64,000 nt of DNA from Yuukianura sp. NJ FZ-2021 (lineage: Eukaryota). A program made the position numbers and the translations under genes. The notes beneath the pieces are model-generated. The model made no database searches. It saw nothing but the letters and a program-made list of their open reading frames with translations, and was not told the origin of the DNA. Positions 55,968 through 64,000 of this stretch are shown here, one piece after another. Positions within the stretch are counted from its first letter, which is position 1. Every line of letters starts with the position of its first letter. The DNA lies in contig CM102289.1 of the NCBI GenBank assembly GCA_046563655.1, forward strand, positions 3,100,001 through 3,164,000. The letters run 5' to 3'.

Positions 55968-56952
55968 GGTTAAACGAGGACGCCTAGCCTAATACGTTAG
56001 GTTTTCTAGCCAACGGAGTCAGTTTTCTTCAAAGTTTTTTTTACGCTTAGGTTTTCAGCTACTCGAGTTTCCCGCAGCGCAATGGAATGAAACGATCGAC
56101 TTTCTCCCCGCTTTCCAAGGGAGCCCAATTTATTTTATAGTTCTCACCCCCTCAAATTCCACGACTTGTGCATTGGATTTGTCCATAAAATGGATTCGTT
56201 CTTTTATTGCCCCAGTGCAGGCCGCTACAAATTGTTTCCGGCTTCTACTGTAACATTCAAACAAAACTCTAACTTCACCTGACTTCCCGCTCTGTCATGG
56301 ACTGTTGTGCGTGAAGGTACCAGGACACCATAACCTCTCTGACATTTGAAATCCAATGTTTAAACAACATGAAAAACATACGTTTCAAAAGTTGCACAAG
56401 GGAATCCTACTTTTTAGTATCCGTATTATTGGAAACTAGGCGGTAAAATATGAATTTCAAGAGTCCCATTACTGTCTTTTTGTTTTTTGGCTTGGTTTTA
56501 GTCTGAGAATGTTTTTGGCACAAAAGTTGAAGTTGAGCGGCAGATTCAAAAGGCACAAGACAAAAAGTCAAGAGAAAGCAAGGGGGAGAAAGTTGTCTCT
56601 TGTTTCAAGATTTATTTATTTATGGAAATCACTCGGATGTCACTTTATAACATGCGGAGGAGAGATTTTATGGGATTCATGTGTCACAAAATATTGTCAC
56701 ATAAAAGTTTTAGTAAAGGCTCGGCGTCACTCCAAACCCATCCCGAACATGAAATACGCTTTTCAAAATACTCCATAATAAAAAAGAGGTTGAGAGGCAC
56801 AAAATTTTCAAAGTTGAGCATTTAAGTTTTAACTTATCGCTATTCATTTTAACACGATGAATTTAAATTAAAAGAAGAGGAAGTTGTGAGCATAGGGTAA
56901 GTGCACATGATGGTGTAGACGTAGGGAGACGTCTGTTAACCTAGTTAAATAG

Positions 56953-57644
56953 CGTAGCAGGTAATTTGGTCGAAATAATTTGGTCGCAAGTAATAAGGTC
57001 GCAGGTAATAAGGTCGCAAGTAATAAGGTCGCAAAGTAAAAAGATCGCAAGTGAAATGATCGCAATGTAAAAAGATCGCAATATGAAAAGGTCGAAAAGT
57101 AAATTGGTCGGAAGTAAAATGGTCGCAACAACAAATGGTCGAAACGTAAAAAGGTCGAAAAAAAGAGATGATATTTTTTAGTAATGATTTTTTATATTAA
57201 TCTTTTGTCGTAGATTCCGACTCTGAAACCCGTTTTTGACGGCATTACCTACTTTTATATAAGATCGATTAATTAATTTTGGCATTAGCAATGTGAATTT
57301 GACATATGGCATCAGAATTTCTATTGTGTAATGATTGGGTAACATAAATTGTGCCCTATGTCACCGCGCCGAAGGCGCACGTTAGGTTATTTGAATATAA
57401 CAACGATAATAATAGGTTTTCAGAAATTATCAAGTTTTTCGATCTTTTTATTTTTCGACCATTTGCTGTTGCGACCATTTTACTTCCGACCAATTTACTT
57501 TTCGACCTTTTCATATTGCGATCTTTTTACATTGCGATCATTTCACTTGCGATCTTTTTACTTTGCGACCTTATTACTTGCGACCTTATTACCTGCGACC
57601 TTGTTACTTGCGACCAAATTATTTCGACCATATTACATGGAATC
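56953..57644. mobile_element. Foldback/MULE-like element with GGTCGCAA-repeat arms
   Basis: ~200-bp inverted arms of ~15-bp repeats and a 9-bp TSD GTTAAATAG (56944-56952, 57645-57653). Internal palindrome GCGCCGAAGGCGC at 57366-57378. Confidence 0.85.
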
Positions 57645-58039
57645 GTTAAATAGATGAGGAAGTGGCAGAAGTAGTCACGTACTGAACATGGTATTTCTCT
57701 ATTTGCGGGAAAGTCGGAGTCCATCAAACCCTAATTGGATTCCACGTCCAAACTCAATTACATCTCAATTAGCTCCAATATTCCCACTACACTTTCCTTC
57801 AACCCTATCCCCTACCCTACGTTTTCTCCAACTTTCTATTCCTGACTTGTCTCGGTATATTGGGTTTTGGGAATAGGTTGACAGGTTCCTTTCTTTTGGC
57901 TTCCCATAGCACTTTTTACTTTTTTTGTAGTTCGCGGTTCTAAGTCGAAACTCACGCTCCTCCTAGTCAAGCTTTCTAATTTCCTCTTTGGGAAAAATAA
58001 TTTACATGTTTAATTCCTTGATTCTTCTGCCGCTTCTTC

Positions 58040-58886
58040 GGTTCCATGCCATTGCTCCGAATGAATTGCTCCGAAGCGCAATGCTACGAATGAATTGCTA
58101 CGAATCCATTTGCTCCGAAAGGCACTTTGCTCCGAATGATACTTTGCTCCGAAACAGCAATGCCCCGAAACCAATTGCTCCGAAGGATTATTTACTCCGA
58201 AAGATTATTTTCTCCGAAAAATTATTTTCTCCGAAAGATTATTTTCTCCGAAAAATTATTTTCTCGGAAACAAGAGTAATTTCTAAATTTAAGTGTTTTA
58301 AATTACATTAAGTTAAATGCAAGCAACTATAATAGAATTACGTGTTAAATTAATTAATGCTTAAAATTGTTTTTCTGAAGGTACAGTGAACACTCTCAAA
58401 TTGCAACATCTCTTTTCGGAATGAAATACGGTAAAATCTAAGCTTTCTACAGAATACTTAACTTTGTGAACTGTGATTCCATTAATCAGAAAGTTTACGA
58501 CAGTCAAACTAACCAATCACAGTGAATTGCAATTTGGGAGAGTCTCATTGTGTTTGTTTAATCCGAAATTCCTTGAGCTTTAGTTAAGACAATGTGCGTT
58601 CCCTTTTTCGAGAACTAAACTTATTACCAACTTGACAATTGCTTGAATTTACACTTCATTTGGTCCACTAATTGTGAGAACAATTCATGTATCCGAGCAA
58701 ATAATCTTTCGGAGAAAATAAGCTTTCGGAGTAAATAATCCTTCGGAGCAGTTGGTTTCGGGGCATTGCTGTTTCGGAGCAAAGTATCATTCGGAGCAAA
58801 CTGCCTTTCGGAGCAAATGGATTCGTAGCAATTCATTCGTAGCATTATGCTTCGGAGCAATTCATTCGGAGCAATGGCGTGCTACC
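58040..58886. mobile_element. Foldback/MULE-like element with TTGCTCCGAA-repeat arms
   Basis: Termini ggttccatgccatt…aatggcgtgctacc with ~200-bp repetitive inverted arms. TSD GCTTCTTC (58032-58039, 58887-58894; 9 bp if the last C is counted). Confidence 0.85.
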
Positions 58887-61800
58887 GCTTCTTCCACTCT
58901 GACAAAATCCTGACACAGTCTAAAAAAATTTCTCAGTTAGAAAGCGTCCCCCCTCGGTTTCACGGGCTGCCTGATTTTTAAAATTCACTGTACTCCTGCA
59001 AATAACTCGACACTTTTGGACGGGTAGTAGAATACGGAAACTTTAAAACCATATGACATGTATATTAAGATATGTTTAACAAACTAAGGCGACCATAGTC
59101 TTAACCATGAAAGACTTGGCCAAGGCCAAGTTGTACTTCATATTAAGTATCCGTCCTGAACAGTCCAGGAATTTATAAACATTTTTAGATTTCCTAAAAT
59201 AAAGATTTCCTAGATGGATGGTAAATATTTGCCTAAGGTTTCCACTTCTACGCTTTTGTTGAAGGCTCTATTCAAGGGATTTCTTTGCAAAAGATACGAA
59301 CATCTTCAAACTATCATTTATTCATAACACTTTCTTCTAGAACTCAATTGTCTCAACTCGTTTCTCCAGTTTCTCACCTTACCCCAACACGAGTAAACTC
59401 AAAATCGTTAAATTTTCGGATTTATGCAAATCGGTTTTTTAAAAATCCAATTTTTGTAGAGTTGTTTTATAGCTATCTTATTATCTGATCTATCTCAAAC
59501 AAGCTGTAGGCGGTTCTTCACCAGGTTTTGTTTGACTTTTATCAAAAAACACCTCCGAGTTGAATCGCGTTTCGTGTCACTATTTGCATTTTTGCGTTGA
59601 TTGTTCAATATTTGCTTCTAAAACCGTGTCTACAGATTTTCACTCTTTAAAAAATTTAACACAAACTATATATACTGCTGCCCTTCTACTTGAATACCTT
59701 TTGCCGCTGTTTTCAGCAAATATTTGAATATTAAGCGCAAATTAAGGAAATGTTAAAAAATAGATGACGAAAACAACCCTATACTAGTAAGTATCACTTT
59801 GTATGCTGAAATTCAAATCGAAACGTCAATTTGGTTTGTACTCACCAAATCGCGAATCCTTGAAGCTCAAAACACAATCGCTGTTTTAAATATTTGGCAG
59901 AATACAGTAGGAAAGCTTTAGATCGAATAATAGCTGCATATAATAAAGCGTCTATCCTCCGGCGATTATTAATGACCGTCGGAAACATACGCTTTGAGTT
60001 CCAAATTGTTGAAAACTTAAAAGAACAAAACATTCCTACACAAACAATTTTGTACGTGCTTGTTTACAAGCATAATTTTGATACAATTAACGAAAAAGAA
60101 ATATAGTGCCAATAAACTTAATTTTTTTTTTGAAAAATGCTTTTAATACTTAATAGTTAGTTTTCATAGTTTGAAAAATGCAGTTAAATGGATTTACACC
60201 GTAGTGCAGTGTAGATAGAAGTTGGTGAACTTTAACGTTATCCAGAGGATTAGTTTACCCCAGCACACTTTCCCTGTTTAAGTATTTTTCTTTGAGATCA
60301 TTTGCGAAACTTTTCTATAATCCTCTCGCACCCAAAGTCGGAGACTTTGTGTTTAAAGCCATTTGCTTTCCTCATTTAGTGGAGCTTCCCTTTCTACTAA
60401 TAGCTCAGCAGCACATATAAGGCTTATTGCCTCGGAGACACGGAGAGTTCGTAGCTACATGTTTATCTCCTCACGCAAAATTAGCACGAAAAGTTACAGA
60501 AAGCTTAAAACTCCATTTACTTTCTCCAACAAACGCCAGCCAAAAATCCACCAAAATTGTCACACTGCGGTGCAAAATTTGTTTACAGAATGACAATCAT
60601 TTTGTTTTTATACAAACTATAAATGAACCCTCAAATATTTATTTGGACGAAACGTTTTAACAAATAATTTCAGTTTACATTTTAAACTATAAAATGAAAT
60701 GACAAACGCGAGAACAATTGCATACTTCACGTTTTAATCCTTTCAACTTTTTGATGAAGTCATAAGAAACTTGCTTTCACTTTTCTCTTTGAATTAGTCA
60801 CTTCTACACCCGGTGTTTGCTAAATCCTTCACTTCCTGTCTATGTGCATTGTTTCAGAAAAGAGCACAGTGAGAGTAAGATTTCCCAAAGTACTCCATAA
60901 ACTTTTTTGAAAAAGGGGGAAACACTTGTAAAAAGTCAATTCTGCTAGAAGAAATCTGAACCCATTTCCGTGTGAAACAGAATTTAATTATCTCTCAAGT
61001 GTGTTTAGTCAAGTAGCAAAGAAAGTTTTACTAGACAAAAGAACTTTCTGGCCTTGGACAACAGCGAACTGGTTGACGCTACAGAACTGTGTTTTGAAAA
61101 GATGCTCCACCTTGTAAAGCCTAAGTCTGTTCCATTTGTATCGCGGTACCGGAATTTCTACCTGTACTAGAATTAGCACCGCGGTACCAAGCTTATACGC
61201 AAATTAATACGCAGGTAATACAAAATTAACAAAACGCAAAAACCAAAATTTAGAACACGAGGCCTTGGACAATTCGGAATTTTATGTATAAACATTCAAC
61301 CTCCTTAAGTTTCAGTTTTTTTTTGTGTATGCATTGTCGCATAAGAGTGCTTTTAGAACGCACATCGCGATATATTTTGTTCGATACTTGGAAGTGGATT
61401 GTCCAAGTTGTTGTTGGAGTGCAATACATTTCCATGAGGAATCAACCCCAAAACCATAAACAAAAGGAAAGCCAAGGCTCTCCGTCTGGGAGTTAAACTT
61501 TCTTCGCAACTTTCAATTGAAATTGATAAGTATAGGACTTTGCGTTTCCAGTATTCCAGATCTCTCCCCATTAGACGTCCACATTCTTTACAAATTCTGA
61601 GTCTTCTACCCCTCTGTACGATGCGTTAGCGTTAAGGGAAGTCGTATGTCCGTCTGTCACAGACTAAGAACAGCATAATCCAGTTTGATTCTAATCTCTA
61701 AGATGCCTCTTCATTCTCCAAAAGACTTTTCTCCCCTTTCTCCTAATGGCAAATGGTGATGTCAGATACTTTTTCCAAGAGTCATTCCACTGTGACCCAG

Positions 61801-64000
61801 CACTAGGAACGCAAAAAAAAGCGTCCCCCTTGGTATTTTTGGTTCCAAGATACTCAAGCACGGATATTTGTCTACCGAAGTATTATCGTCGGTCACTTTA
61901 AGGCATTTCTTTGTTAGGTTTGTGTATTACCGTACATCAGAGACCGTCCTTAATAATATTAGAGGATATCCGAGCTTCTAGAAATTCGCTGGTGCGCAAG
62001 TTTCCGTTCACGATCGTTCGAGTACCAATCTACCCTGACTGAAATTGCAAAAATGCAGAGCCCATTCATTCATTAGGGATTCGAGTCCCGTCAGTTGCCG
62101 CCAACTTTTGTACAAAACTTTCTCCCCTCCGTCACTTTGTCACTTTTCTCTCGTCAACCCTCAGCCCCGCCCTTCACTTAAGGGATGACAAAAGGACAGG
62201 GAAAGGCCCTTAGCCACCACAGAAACCACTCCAGACACTTTGCATGTTCAAGAACACAAAAGCATCCAAATGGGAATGGATGTGACCCAGTGGATTTGGC
62301 CTCAGAGAGTGATAAGTCATTTGGCCCTAACTTAACAATTGGCAATGGATGAGGATATGGCTTCATCTTGTTCTGATCGCCTCATTTATAAGTTGCATAT
62401 TTTCTACATAGAACACATACACAATTTAATGTTATTATCCAGAGTTTCTTTTTAAGACTCCCGGCACTAACTTCTGCTTTCCCTTCTCTCCCTGGCACCC
62501 AAGGGATCTCATTTGGAAGAAAACTTTTTCTGGAAAGAGAGAGAGTGAATCACTATTATTATTATGGGATATTGATACAGTCAGAAAAGAAAAAACTATT
62601 TTTGAAACTTTGGTTATAAGGATAAAAGGTTCCTACTTCGTCTTTAGAAAAAAAAAATATCCGTAGGGGAATCAGTCCAATTGACCGTAAAAATGTTTGG
62701 TTGTCAGTTCGCTTCCGACTCAACTCCTTTCTCTCTCTGATTCCCAACAGACTTGGAAGTTGACTTGACTAAATGAAATTTTTACAGATTTTAATTCTTG
62801 CGTAGTGCACAGATTCCTTCTTCTTCTTCTTCTTTACGTCAAGTTTCCTTCATTTTTTATCTTGAAAGTTAGGTTATGTTAGGGTTGGCGGGAAGAGAGG
62901 TAATAGGATGGGTTTGGAAATTGGAATTGAGGGAATGGCAGAATTGAGTGTTCTTTTCGGAATGTGGATGGAAAAGGTGGGAGAAATAATATTGGAATGC
63001 CTCTGAGGAGATGGATGGACTCTAACGTTAGGTTAGGCGGACCTTTGTCTCTCTCCCTTGGTCACTTTCTCTTGGTGGCAGATGATGCAGAGGGGAATGG
63101 AGATGTGACATACCTTGGCTTTTCCTAACTGCATCTCCCTGGGTCTATTGACTGCCCAGAGTCCTTTGCCAGGACAAAGGAACCTGGATTTTTATTGTTA
63201 TTATGTGGTCGAAGGTCTCCTCTTGCTTCAAGACTACTGTCAGACTTGATTAGAAGTCCAAACAGTAGGGTGGCAAGTCCACCGACTTTTACTTTCTACC
63301 GGGTGAAAGCCTAACCACTATCTAACGCCATAAAACCGCGTGTATTGAAAAGGACTCAGCGGGCATTCGCGCAAAAATTTGTTTGTTAGTTTTTTTGCTT
63401 TTGAAAAGAAAGTTTTTGAGGCAACCAGCATTTTATTGTGCGTTATTTTTTCTTATTGTTTTACTAAAATTAATTTTTTAAAGCAATAAATTTTTTTCAA
63501 AGACTTTCTTTTTGGGGCAACTGTGAAGAATGAATTTTGCGTTAGTAATCGATAAATTTCAAACGTTAAAGACAGATATTGAATTCGAAAAAAGAAAATG
63601 GAGAGATCAAGTCAACCTGAAAGATTTCTGGAAATGGAAATTGAGAGAGAAAAATTACCTATAACTGCCTGTGCCATACGCTTTTTTTCTGCGAATAGAA
63701 AGTGTCGGCGGATGGCGTAAGCGTAACTATACGTGCATAAAATTTTCACAGTTCAATTTTTTCAATGAATTGTTAAGGTTATGGTAGCTACGTTAATGAC
63801 AAAATACTCAAAAATGTCTCTGCGCTTTTAGTTAATTTTTATGGACTCACAAAATAAAAGCCGAATTATTGAAAGTTGAAATTGGGATGTAAAATTCTGA
63901 TGACTTGATAGTGTTTTTTTTTCTTTTGCTTTGTAAATCTGTGGATGAAAATACCCTCAATTCCCAAATCTCAAAAGTCTCATTGCAGTCGAAATTTTCT

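Noticed and set aside
56868..58860. Mirror-image ORFs (ATLLLATLLP…, LLRKIIFSE…)
   Set aside because: They are translations of the repetitive inverted arms of the foldback elements.
60100..64000. Scattered 60-80-aa ORFs
   Set aside because: No recognisable domains or exon chain. The region is consistent with intronic or regulatory DNA.

Overview
Eukaryotic, AT-rich genomic DNA with many short spliceosomal introns. It is an arthropod, and probably a springtail-like hexapod (inferred from the chemoreceptor-like gene pair). The first ~10.7 kb is a 189-bp tandem satellite interrupted by one full-length, apparently intact CR1/L2-group LINE on the minus strand. A compact gene block follows: Tgt/QTRT1, a Polycomb/CBX chromobox gene, a neprilysin/ECE (Nep3-like) gene, a tandem pair of multi-TM chemoreceptor-like genes (one with a single in-frame TAG), ARMC4/gudu, MRI1, a tiny two-finger C2H2 gene, a FERM-domain gene, and a minus-strand DIP/IgLON gene whose 5' exons were not located. 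The right end holds a gag-only Ty3/gypsy LTR element and several MITE/foldback elements. Three signals stand out. (1) LINE ORF1 and ORF2 are in frame, separated by one UGA-CUA, and the first endonuclease motif lies upstream of the first ORF2 ATG, which suggests programmed stop-codon readthrough. (2) A complete LTR element encodes only an Arc-like Gag, and its two LTRs differ only in one ~270-bp patch. (3) Three foldback elements share asymmetric termini but are built from different repeat units. All calls come from reading the sequence by eye; no database search was run.
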